Assembly: GCF_009914755.1 (NCBI RefSeq)
Contig: NC_060932.1
DNA length: 64,000 nt
From: the human T2T-CHM13v2.0 reference genome, Homo sapiens
Direction: 5' to 3' (one strand)
Each line of letters starts with the position of its first letter. Within the stretch, counting starts at the first letter, position 1. The notes beneath the pieces were generated by a model that made no database searches, was not told the DNA's origin, and saw nothing but the letters and a program-made list of their open reading frames with translations. Shown piece after piece: positions 1 through 11,471 of the stretch. The position numbers and the translations under genes are program-made.

Positions 1-437
1 AAACAATCTTCTCGTACTATCTGGCAGTGGACATTTTGAGCTCCTTGGGGCCTATGCTGAAAAAGGAAATATCTTCCGACAAAAACTAGACAGAAGCATT
101 CGCAAAATCACGTTTGTGATGTGTGCACTCAACTGTCAGAATTGAACCTTGGTTTGGAGAGAGCACTTTTGAAACACTCTTTTTGTAGAATCTGCAGGTG
201 GATATTTGGCTAGCTTTGAGGATTTCGTTGGAAACGGTAATGTCTTCAAAGAAAATCTAGACAGAAGCATTCTCAGAAACACCTTCGTGATGTTTGCAAT
301 CAAGTCACAGAGTTGAACCTTCCGTTTCATAGAGCAGGTTGGAAACACTCTTTTTGTAGTATCTGGAAGTGGACATTTGGAGGGCTTTGTAGCCTATCTG
401 GAAAAAGGAAATATCTTCCCATGAATGCGAGATAGAA
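1..437 (+). repeat. Partial 7-mer HOR (end of e, f, g/k hybrid)
   Basis: f ('gcattcgcaaaatcacg') followed by g ending in the k-type tail 'gagggctttgtagcc'. Confidence 0.9.
223..239 (+). promoter_or_regulatory. Degenerate CENP-B box (monomer f; CGGG->CGGT; representative)
   Basis: tttcgttggaaacggta; one core position is altered, and this is fixed in the f monomers I read (e.g. 6840-6856). Confidence 0.85.
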
Positions 438-564
438 GTAATCTCAGAAACATGTTTATGCTGTATCTACTCAACTAACTGTGCTGAACATTTCTATTGA
501 TAGAGCAGTTTTGAGACACTCTTCTTTTGGAATCTGCAAGTGGATATTTGGATAGATTTGAGGA

Positions 565-581
565 TTTCGTTGGAAACGGGA
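565..581 (+). promoter_or_regulatory. CENP-B box, canonical (monomer a; representative, recurs in every HOR)
   Basis: tttcgttggaaacggga matches the CENP-B core nTTCGnnnnAnnCGGGn. Confidence 0.95.
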
Positions 582-903
582 TTATATATAAAAAGTAGAC
601 AGCAGCATTCTCAGAAACTTCTTTGTGATGTTTGCATCCAGCTCTCAGAGTTGAACATTCCCTTTCATAGAGTAGGTTTGAAACCCTCTTTTTATAGTGT
701 CTGGAAGCGGGCATTTGGAGCGCTTTCAGGCCTATGCTTAAAATAGGAAATATCTACCTACAGAAACTAGACAGAAGCATTCTGAGAATCACGTTTGTGA
801 TGTGGGTACTCAACTAACAGTGTTGATCCATTCTTTTGATACAGCAGTTTTGAACCACACTTTTTGTAGAATCTGCAAGAGGATATTTGGATAGCTGTGA
901 GGA

Positions 904-920
904 TTTCGTTGGAAACGGGA
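904..920 (+). promoter_or_regulatory. CENP-B box, canonical (c/f hybrid monomer of the 8-mer; representative)
   Basis: tttcgttggaaacggga. Confidence 0.95.
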
Positions 921-3900
921 ATGTCTTCAAAGAAAATCTAGACAGAAGCATTCTCAGAAACACCTTCGTGATGTTTGCAATCAAGTCACAGAGTTGAACC
1001 TTCCGTTTCATAGAGCAGGTTGGAAACACTCTTATTGTAGTATCTGGAAGTGGACATTTGGAGCGCTTTCAGGCCTATGGTGAAAAAGGAAATATCTTCC
1101 CATAAAAACGACATAGAAGCTATCTCAGGAACTTGTTTATGATGCATCTAATCAACTAACAGTGTTGAACCTTTGTACTGACAGAGCACTTTGAAACACT
1201 CTTTTTTTGGAATCTGCAAGTGGATATTTGGATCGCTTTGAGGATTTCGTTGGAAACGGGATGCAATATAAAACGTACACAGCAGCATACTCAGAAAATA
1301 CTTTGCCATATTTCCATTCAAGTCACAGAGTGGAACATTCCCATTACTAGAGCAGGTTGGAAACACTCTTTTTGGAGTATCTGGAAGTGGACATTTGGAG
1401 CGCTTTCTGAACTATGGTGAAAAAGGAAATATCTTCCAATGAAAACAAGACAGAAGCATTCTGAGAAACTTATTTGTGATGTGTGTCCTCAACAAACGGA
1501 CTTGAACCTTTCGTTTCATGCAGTACTTCTGGAACACTCTTTTTGAAGATTCTGCATGCGGATATTTGGATAGCTTTGAGGATTTCGTTGGAAACGGGCT
1601 TACATGTAAAAATTAGACAGCAGCATTCTCAGAAACTTCTTTGTGGTGTCTGCATTCAAGTCACAGAATTGAACTTCCCCTCACATAGAGCAGTTGTGCA
1701 GCACTCTATTTGTAGTATCTGGAAGTGGACATTTGGAGGGCTTTGTAGCCTATCTGGAAAAAGGAAATATCTTCCCATGAATGCGAGATAGAAGTAATCT
1801 CAGAAACATGTTTATGCTGTATCTACTCAACTAACTGTGCTGAACATTTCTATTGATAGAGCAGTTTTGAGACACTCTTCTTTTGGAATCCGCAAGTGGA
1901 TATTTGGATAGATTTGAGGATTTCCTTGGAAACGGGATTATATATAAAAAGTAGACAGCAGCATTCTCAGAAACTTCTTTGTGATGTTTGCATCCAGCTC
2001 TCAGAGTTGAACATTCCCTTTCATAGAGTAGGTTTGAAACCCTCTTTTTATAGTGTCTGGAAGCGGGCATTTTGAGCGCTTTCAGGCCTATGCTTAAAAT
2101 AGGAAATATCTACCTACAGAAACTAGACAGAAGCATTCTGAGAATCACGTTTGTGATGTGGGTACTCAACTAACAGTGTTGATCCATTCTTTTGATACAG
2201 CAGTTTTGAACCACACTTTTTGTAGAATCTGCAAGAGGATATTTGGATAGCTGTGAGGATTTCGTTGGAAACGGGAATGTCTTCAAAGAAAATCTAGACA
2301 GAAGCATTCTCAGAAACACCTTCGTGATGTTTGCAATCAAGTCACAGAGTTGAACCTTCCGTTTCATAGAGCAGGTTGGAAACACTCTTATTGTAGTATC
2401 TGGAAGGGGACATTTGGAGCGCTTTCAGGCCTATGGTGAAAAAGGAAATATCTTCCCATAAAAACGACATAGAAGCTGTCTCAGGAACTTGTTTATGATG
2501 CATCTAATCAACTAACAGTGTTGAACCTTTGTACTGACAGAGCAGTTTGAAACACTCTTTTTTTGGAATCTGCAAGTGGATATTTGGATCGCTTTGAGGA
2601 TTTCGTTGGAAACGGGATGCAATATAAAACGTACACAGCAGCATACTCAGAAAATACTTTGCCATATTTCCATTCAAGTCACAGAGTGGAACATTCCCAT
2701 TCATAGAGCAGGTTTGAAACACTCTTTTTGGAGTATCTGGAAGTGGACATTTGGAGCGCTTTCTGAACTATGGTGAAAAAGGAAATATCTTCCAATGAAA
2801 ATAAGACAGAAGCATTCTGAGAAACTTATTTGTGATGTGTGTCCTCAACAAACGGACTTGAACCTTTCGTTTCATGCAGTACTTCTGGAACACTCTTTTT
2901 GAAGATTCTGCATGCGGATATTTGGATAGCTTTGAGGATTTCGTTGGAAACGGGCTTACATGTAAAAATTAGACAGCAGCATTCTCAGAAACTTCTTTGT
3001 GGTGTCTGCATTCAAGTCACAGAATTGAACTTCCCCTCACATAGAGCAGTTGTGCAGCACTCTATTTGTAGTATCTGGAAGTGGACATTTGGAGGGCTTT
3101 GTAGCCTATCTGGAAAAAGGAAATATCTTCCCATGAATGCGAGATAGAAGTAATCTCAGAAACATGTTTATGCTGTATCTACTCAACTAACTGTGCTGAA
3201 CATTTCTATTGATAGAGCAGTTTTGAGACACTCTTCTTTTGGAATCTGCAAGTGGATATTTGGATAGATTTGAGGATTTCGTTGGAAACGGGATTATATA
3301 TAAAAAGTAGACAGCAGCATTCTCAGAAACTTCTTTGTGATGTTTGCATCCAGCTCTCAGAGTTGAACATTCCCTTTCATAGAGTAGGTTTGAAACCCTC
3401 TTTTTATAGTGTCTGGAAGCGGGCATTTGGAGCGCTTTCAGGCCTATGCTTAAAATAGGAAATATCTACCTACAGAAACTAGACAGAAGCATTCTGAGAA
3501 TCACGTTTGTGATGTGGGTACTCAACTAACAGTGTTGATCCATTCTTTTGATACAGCAGTTTTGAACCACACTTTTTGTAGAATCTGCAAGAGGATATTT
3601 GGATAGCTGTGAGGATTTCGTTGGAAACGGGAATGTCTTCAAAGAAAATCTAGACAGAAGCATTCTCAGAAACACCTTCGTGATGTTTGCAATCAAGTCA
3701 CAGAGTTGAACCTTCCGTTTCATAGAGCAGGTTGGAAACACTCTTATTGTAGTATCTGGAAGTGGACATTTGGAGCGCTTTCAGGCCTATGGTGAAAAAG
3801 GAAATATCTTCCCATAAAAACGACATAGAAGCTATCTCAGGAACTTGTTTATGATGCATCTAATCAACTAACAGTGTTGAACCTTTGTACTGACAGAGCA

Positions 3901-5861
3901 GTTTGAAACACTCTTTTTTTGGAATCTGCAAGTGGATATTTGGATCACTTTGAGGATTTCGTTGGAAACGGGATGCAATATAAAACGTACACAGCAGCAT
4001 ACTCAGAAAATACTTTGCCATGTTTCCATTCAAGTCACAGAGTGGAACATTCCCATTCATAGAGCAGGTTGGAAACACTCTTTTTGGAGTATCTGGAAGT
4101 GGACATTTGGAGCGCTTTTTGAACTATGGTGAAAAAGGAAATATCTTCCAATGAAAACAAGACAGAAGCATTCTGAGAAACTTATTTGTGATGTGTGTCC
4201 TCAACAAACGGACTTGAACCTTTCGTTTCATGCAGTACTTCTGGAACACTCTTTTTGAAGATTCTGCATGCGGATATTTGGATAGCTTTGAGGATTTCGT
4301 TGGAAACGGGCTTACATGTAAAAATTAGACAGCAGCATTCTCAGAAACTTCTTTGTGGTGTCTGCATTCAAGTCACAGAATTGAACTTCCCCTCACATAG
4401 AGCAGTTGTGCAGCACTCTATTTGTAGTATCTGGAAGTGGACATTTGGAGGGCTTTGTAGCCTATCTGGAAAAAGGAAATATCTTCCCATGAATGCGAGA
4501 TAGAAGTAATCTGAGAAACATGTTTATGCTGTATCTACTCAACTAACTGTGCTGAACATTTCTATTGATAGAGCAGTTTTGAGACACTCTTCTTTTGGAA
4601 TCTGCAAGTGGATATTTGGATAGATTTGAGGATTTCGTTGGAAACGGGATTATATATAAAAAGTAGACAGCAGCATTCTCAGAAACTTCTTTGTGATGTT
4701 TGCATCCAGCTCTCAGAGTTGAACATTCCCTTTCATAGAGTAGGTTTGAAACCCTCTTTTTATAGTGTCTGGAAGCGGGCATTTGGAGCGCTTTCAGGCC
4801 TATGCTTAAAATAGGAAATATCTACCTACAGAAACTAGACAGAAGCATTCTGAGAATCACGTTTGTGATGTGGGTACTCAACTAACAGTGTTGATCCATT
4901 CTTTTGATACAGCAGTTTTGAACCACACTTTTTGTAGAATCTGCAAGAGGATATTTGGATAGCTGTGAGGATTTCGTTGGAAACGGGAATGTCTTCAAAG
5001 AAAATCTAGACAGAAGCATTCTCAGAAACACCTTCGTGATGTTTGCAATCAAGTCACAGAGTTGAACCTTCCGTTTCATAGAGCAGGTTGGAAACACTCT
5101 TATTGTAGTATCTGGAAGTGGACATTTGGAGCGCTTTCAGGCCTATGGTGAAAAAGGAAATATCTTCCCATAAAAACGACATAGAAGCTATCTCAGGAAC
5201 TTGTTTATGATGCATCTAATCAACTAACAGTGTTGAACCTTTGTACTGACAGAGCACTTTGAAACACTCTTTTTTTGGAATCTGCAAGTGGATATTTGGA
5301 TCGCTTTGAGGATTTCGTTGGAAACGGGATGCAATATAAAACGTACACAGCAGCATACTCAGAAAATACTTTGCCATATTTCCATTCAAGTCACAGAGTG
5401 GAACATTCCCATTCATAGAGCAGGTTGGAAACACTCTTTTTGGAGTATCTGGAAGTGGACATTTGGAGCGCTTTCTGAACTATGGTGAAAAAGGAAATAT
5501 CTTCCAATGAAAACAAGACAGAAGCATTCTGAGAAACTTATTTGTGATGTGTGTCCTCAACAAACGGACTTGAACCTTTCGTTTCATGCAGTACTTCTGG
5601 AACACTCTTTTTGAAGATTCTGCATGCGGATATTTGGATAGCTTTGAGGATTTCGTTGGAAACGGGCTTACATGTAAAAATTAGACAGCAGCATTCTCAG
5701 AAACTTCTTTGTGGTGTCTGCATTCAAGTCACAGAATTGAACTTCCCCTCACATAGAGCAGTTGTGCAGCACTCTATTTGTAGTATCTGGAAGTGGACAT
5801 TTGGAGGGCTTTGTAGCCTATCTGGAAAAAGGAAATATCTTCCCATGAATGTGAGATAGAA

Positions 5862-7054
5862 GTAATCTCAGAAACATGTTTATGCTGTATCTACTCAACT
5901 AACTGTGCTGAACATTTCTATTGATAGAGCAGTTTTGAGACACTCTTCTTTTGGAATCTGCAAGTGGATATTTTGATAGATTTGAGGATTTCGTTGGAAA
6001 CGGGATTATATATAAAAAGTAGACAGCAGCATTCTCAGAAACTTCTTTGTGATGTTTGCATCCAGCTCTCAGAGTTGAACATTCCCTTTCATAGAGTAGG
6101 TTTGAAACCCTCTTTTTATAGTGTCTGGAAGCGGGCATTTGGAGCGCTTTCAGGCCTATGCTGAAAAAGGAAATATCTACATATAGAAACTAGACAGAAG
6201 CATTCTGAGAATCAAGTTTGTGATGTGGGTACTCAACTAACAGTGTTGATCCATTCTTTTGATACAGCAGTTTTGAACCACACTTTTTGTAGAATCTGCA
6301 AGTGGATATTTGGATAGCTGTGAGGATTTCGTTGGAAACGGGAATGTCTTCATAGAAAATTTAGAGAGAAGCATTCTCAGAACCTTGATTGTGATGTGTG
6401 TTCTCCACTAACAGAGTTGAACCTTTCTTTTGACAGAACTGTTCTGAAACATTCTTTTTATAGAATCTGGAAGTGGATATTTGGAAAGCTTTGAGGATTT
6501 CGTTGGAAACGGGAATATCTTCAAATAAAATCTAGCCAGAAGCATTCTAAGAAACATCTTAGGGATGTTTACATTCAAGTCACAGAGTTGAACATTCCCT
6601 TTCACAGAGCAGGTTTGAAACAATCTTCTCGTACTATCTGGCAGTGGACATTTTGAGCTCTTTGGGGCCTATGCTGAAAAAGGAAATATCTTCCGACAAA
6701 AACTAGTCAGAAGCATTCGCAGAATCACGTTTGTGATGTGTGCACTCAACTGTCAGAATTGAACCTTGGTTTGGAGAGAGCACTTTTGAAACACACTTTT
6801 TGTAGAATCTGCAGGTGGATATTTGGCTAGCTTTGAGGATTTCGTTGGAAACGGTAATGTCTTCAAAGAAAATCTAGACAGAAGCATTCTCAGAAATACC
6901 TTCGTGATGTTTGCAATCAAGTCACAGAGTTGAACCTTCCGTTTCATAGAGCAGGTTGGAAACACACTTTTTGTAGTATCTGGAAGTGGACATTTGGAGG
7001 GCTTTGTAGCCTATCTGGAAAAAGGAAATATCTTCCCATGAATGCGAGATAGAT
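5862..7054 (+). repeat. 7-mer HOR (1193 bp)
   Basis: Anchor spacing 5899->7092; contains d ('aaccttgattgtg') and e, lacks h-j. Confidence 0.95.
6327..6514 (+). promoter_or_regulatory. Pair of canonical CENP-B boxes in adjacent monomers c and d (6327-6343, 6498-6514; representative)
   Basis: Two tttcgttggaaacggga motifs 171 bp apart, present in 7- and 11-mers only. Confidence 0.93.
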
Positions 7055-8922
7055 GTAATCTCAGAAACATGTTTATGCTGTATCTACTCAACTAACTGTG
7101 CTGAACATTTCTATTGATAGAGCAGTTTTGAGACACTCTTCTTTTGGAATCTGCAAGTGGATATTTGGATAGATTTGAGGATTTCGTTGGAAACGGGATT
7201 ATATATAAAAAGTAGACAGCAGCATTCTCAGAAACTTCTTTGTGATGTTTGCATCCAGCTCTCAGAGTTGAACATTCCCTTTCATAGAGTAGGTTTGAAA
7301 CCCTCTTTTTATAGTGTCTGGAAGCGGGCATTTGGAGCGCTTTCAGGCCTATGCTGAAAAAGGAAATATCTACCTATAGAAACTAGACAGAAGCATTCTG
7401 AGAATCACGTTTCTGATGTGGGTACTCAACTAACAGTGTTGATCCATTCTTTTGATACAGCAGTTTTGAACCACACTTTTTGTAGAATCTGCAAGTGGAT
7501 ATTTGGATAGCTGTGAGGATTTCGTTGGAAACGGGAATGTCTTCATAGAAAATTTAGACAGAAGCATTCTCAGAACCTTGATTGTGATGTGTGTTCTCCA
7601 CTAACAGAGTTGAACCTTTCTTTTGACAGAACTGTTCTGAAACATTCTTTTTATAGAATCTGGAAGTGGATATTTGGAAAGCTTTGAGGATTTCGTTGGA
7701 AACGGGAATATCTTCAAATCAAATCTAGCCAGAAGCATTCTAAGAAACAGCTTAGGGATGTTTACATTCAAGTCACAGAGTTGAACATTCCCTTTCACAG
7801 AGCAGGTTTGAAACAATCTTCTCGTACTATCTGGCAGTGGACATTTTGAGCTCCTTGGGGCCTATGCTGAAAAAGGAAATATCTTCCGACAAAAACTAGA
7901 CAGAAGCATTCGCAGAATCACGTTTGTGATGTGTGCACTCAACTGTCAGAATTGAACCTTGGTTTGGAGATTGCACTCTTGAAACACTCTTTTTGTAGAA
8001 TCTGCAGGTGGATATTTGGCTAGCTTTGAGGATTTCGTTGGAAACGGTAATGTCTTCAAAGAAAATCTAGACAGAAGCATTCTCAGAAACACCTTCGTGA
8101 TGTTTGCAATCAAGTCACAGAGTTGAACCTTCCGTTTCATAGAGCAGGTTGGAAACACTCTTTTTGTAGTATCTGGAAGTGGACATTTGGAGTGCTTTCA
8201 GGCCTATGGTGAAAAAGGAAATATCTTCCCATAAAAACGACATAGAAGCTATCTCAGGAACTTGTTTATGATGCATCTAATCAACTAACAGTGTTGAACC
8301 TTTGTACTGACAGAGCAGTTTGAAACACTCTTTTTTTGGAATCTGCAAGTGGATATTTGGATCGCTTTGAGGATTTCGTTGGAAACGGGATGCAATATAA
8401 AACGTACACAGCAGCATACTCAGAAAATACTTTGCCATATTTCCATTCAAGTCACAGAGTGGAACATTCCCATTCATAGAGCAGGTTTGAAACACTCTTT
8501 TTGGAGTATCTGGAAGTGGACATTTGGAGCGCTTTCTGAACTATGGTGAAAAAGGAAATATCTTCCAATGAAAACAAGACAGAAGCATTCTGAGAAACTT
8601 ATTTGTGATGTGTGTCCTCAACAAACGGACTTGAACCTTTCGTTTCATGCAGTACTTCTGGAACACTCTTTTTGAAGATTCTGCATGCGGATATTTGGAT
8701 AGCTTTGAGGATTTCGTTGGAAACGGGCTTACATGTAAAAATTAGACAGCAGCATTCTCAGAAACTTCTTTGTGGTATCTGCATTCAAGTCACAGAATTG
8801 AACATCCCCTCACATAGAGCAGTTGTGCAGCACTCTATTTGTAGTATCTGGAAGTGGACATTTGGAGGGCTTTGTAGCCTATCTGGAAAAAGGAAATATC
8901 TTCCCATGAATGCGAGATAGAA
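7055..8922 (+). repeat. 11-mer HOR (1868 bp), full a-k
   Basis: Anchor spacing 7092->8960; all eleven monomer types present. Confidence 0.95.
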
Positions 8923-11471
8923 GTAATCTCAGAAACATGTTTATGCTGTATCTACTCAACTAACTGTGCTGAACATTTCTATTGATAGAGCAGTTTTGAG
9001 ACACTCTTCTTTTGGAATCTGCAAGTGGATATTTGGATAGATTTGAGGATTTCGTTGGAAACGGGATTATATATAAAAAGTAGACAGCAGCATTCTCAGA
9101 AACTTCTTTGTGATGTTTGCATCCAGCTCTCAGAGTTGAACATTCCCTTTCATAGAGTAGGTTTGAAACCCTCTTTTTATAGTGTCTGGAAGCGGGCATT
9201 TGGAGCGCTTTCAGGCCTATGCTTAAAATAGGAAATATCTACCTACAGAAACTAGACAGAAGCATTCTGAGAATCACGTTTGTGATGTGGGTACTCAACT
9301 AACAGTGTTGATCCATTCTTTTGATACAGCAGTTTTGAACCACACTTTTTGTAGAATCTGCAAGAGGATATTTGGATAGCTGTGAGGATTTCGTTGGAAA
9401 CGGGAATGTCTTCAAAGAAAATCTAGACAGAAGCATTCTCAGAAACACCTTCGTGATGTTTGCAATCAAGTCACAGAGTTGAACCTTCCGTTTCATAGAG
9501 CAGGTTGGAAACACTCTTATTGTAGTATCTGGAAGGGGACATTTGGAGCGCTTTCAGGCCTATGGTGAAAAAGGAAATATCTTCCCATAAAAACGACATA
9601 GAAGCTATCTCAGGAACTTGTTTATGATGCATCTAATCAACTAACAGTGTTGAACCTTTGTACTGACAGAGCACTTTGAAACACTCTTTTTTTGGAATCT
9701 GCAAGTGGATATTTGGATCGCTTTGAGGATTTCGTTGGAAACGGGATGCAATATAAAACGTACACAGCAGCATACTCAGAAAATACTTTGCCATATTTCC
9801 ATTCAAGTCACAGAGTGGAACATTCCCATTCATAGAGCAGGTTTGAAACACTCTTTTTGGAGTATCTGGAAGTGGACATTTGGAGCGCTTTCTGAACTAT
9901 GGTGAAAAAGGAAATATCTTCCAATGAAAACAAGACAGAAGCATTCTGAGAAACTTATTTGTGATGTGTGTCCTCAACAAACGGACTTGAACCTTTCGTT
10001 TCATGCAGTACTTCTGGAACACTCTTTTTGAAGATTCTGCATGCGGATATTTGGATAGCTTTGAGGATTTCGTTGGAAACGGGCTTACATGTAAAAATTA
10101 GACAGCAGCATTCTCAGAAACTTCTTTGTGGTGTCTGCATTCAAGTCACAGAGTTGAACTTCCCCTCACATAGAGCAGTTGTGCAGCACTATATTTGTAG
10201 TATCTGGAAGTGGACATTTGGAGGGCTTTGTAGCCTATCTGGAAAAAGGAAATATCTTCCCATGAATGCGAGATAGAAGTAATCTCAGAAACATGTTTAT
10301 GCTGTATCTACTCAACTAACTGTGCTGAACATTTCTATTGATAGAGCAGTTTTGAGACCCTCTTCTTTTGGAATCTGCAAGTGGATATTTGGATAGATTT
10401 GAGGATTTCGTTGGAAACGGGATTATATATAAAAAGTAGACAGCAGCATTCTCAGAAACTTCTTTGTGATGTTTGCATCCAGCTCTCAGAGTTGAACATT
10501 CCCTTTCATAGAGTAGGTTTGAAACCCTCTTTTTATAGTGTCTGGAAGCGGGCATTTGGAGCGCTTTCAGGCCTATGCTGAAAAAGGAAATATCTACATA
10601 TAGAAACTAGACAGAAGCATTCTGAGAATCAAGTTTGTGATGTGGGTACTCAACTAACAGTGTTGATCCATTCTTTTGATACAGCAGTTTTGAACCACAC
10701 TTTTTGTAGAATCTGCAAGTGGATATTTGGATAGCTGTGAGGATTTCGTTGGAAACGGGAATGTCTTCATAGAAAATTTAGACAGAAGCATTCTCAGAAC
10801 CTTGATTGTGATGTGTGTTCTCCACTAACAGAGTTGAACCTTTCTTTTGACAGAACTGTTCTGAAACATTCTTTTTATAGGATCTGGAAGTGGATATTTG
10901 GAAAGCTTTGAGGATTTCGTTGGAAACGGGAATATCTTCAAATAAAATCTAGCCAGAAGCATTCTAAGAAACATCTTAGGGATGTTTACATTCAAGTCAC
11001 AGAGTTGAACATTCCCTTTCACAGAGCAGGTTTGAAACAATCTTCTCGTACTATCTGGCAGTGGACATTTTGAGCTCTTTGGGGCCTATGCTGAAAAAGG
11101 AAATATCTTCCGACAAAAACTAGTCAGAAGCATTCGCAGAATCACGTTTGTGATGTGTGCACTCAACTGTCAGAAGTGAACCTTGGTTTGGAGAGAGCAC
11201 TTTTGAAACACACTTTTTGTAGAATCTGCAGGTGGATATTTGGCTAGCTTTGAGGATTTCGTTGGAAACGGTAATGTCTTCAAAGAAAATCTAGACAGAA
11301 GCATTCTCAGAAACACCTTCGTGATGTTTGCAATCAAGTCACAGAGTTGAACCTTCCGTTTCATAGAGCAGGTTGGAAACACACTTTTTGTAGTATCTGG
11401 AAGTGGACATTTGGAGGGCTTTGTAGCCTATCTGGAAAAAGGAAATATCTTCCCATGAATGCGAGATAGAT
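8923..11471 (+). repeat. 8-mer (8923-10278) + 7-mer (10279-11471)
   Basis: Anchor spacings 1356 and 1193. Confidence 0.95.

Larger units (their letters stand above)
438..5861 (+). repeat. 4 x 8-mer HOR (1356 bp each)
   Basis: Anchor ORF at 475, 1831, 3187, 4543, 5899 gives period 1356; monomers a b c/f g h i j k. Confidence 0.95.

Noticed and set aside
582-595. TATA-like palindrome 'ttatatataa(aaa)' right after the monomer-a box
   Set aside because: A short AT-rich match in AT-rich satellite with no other promoter evidence. It cannot be called regulatory from sequence alone.
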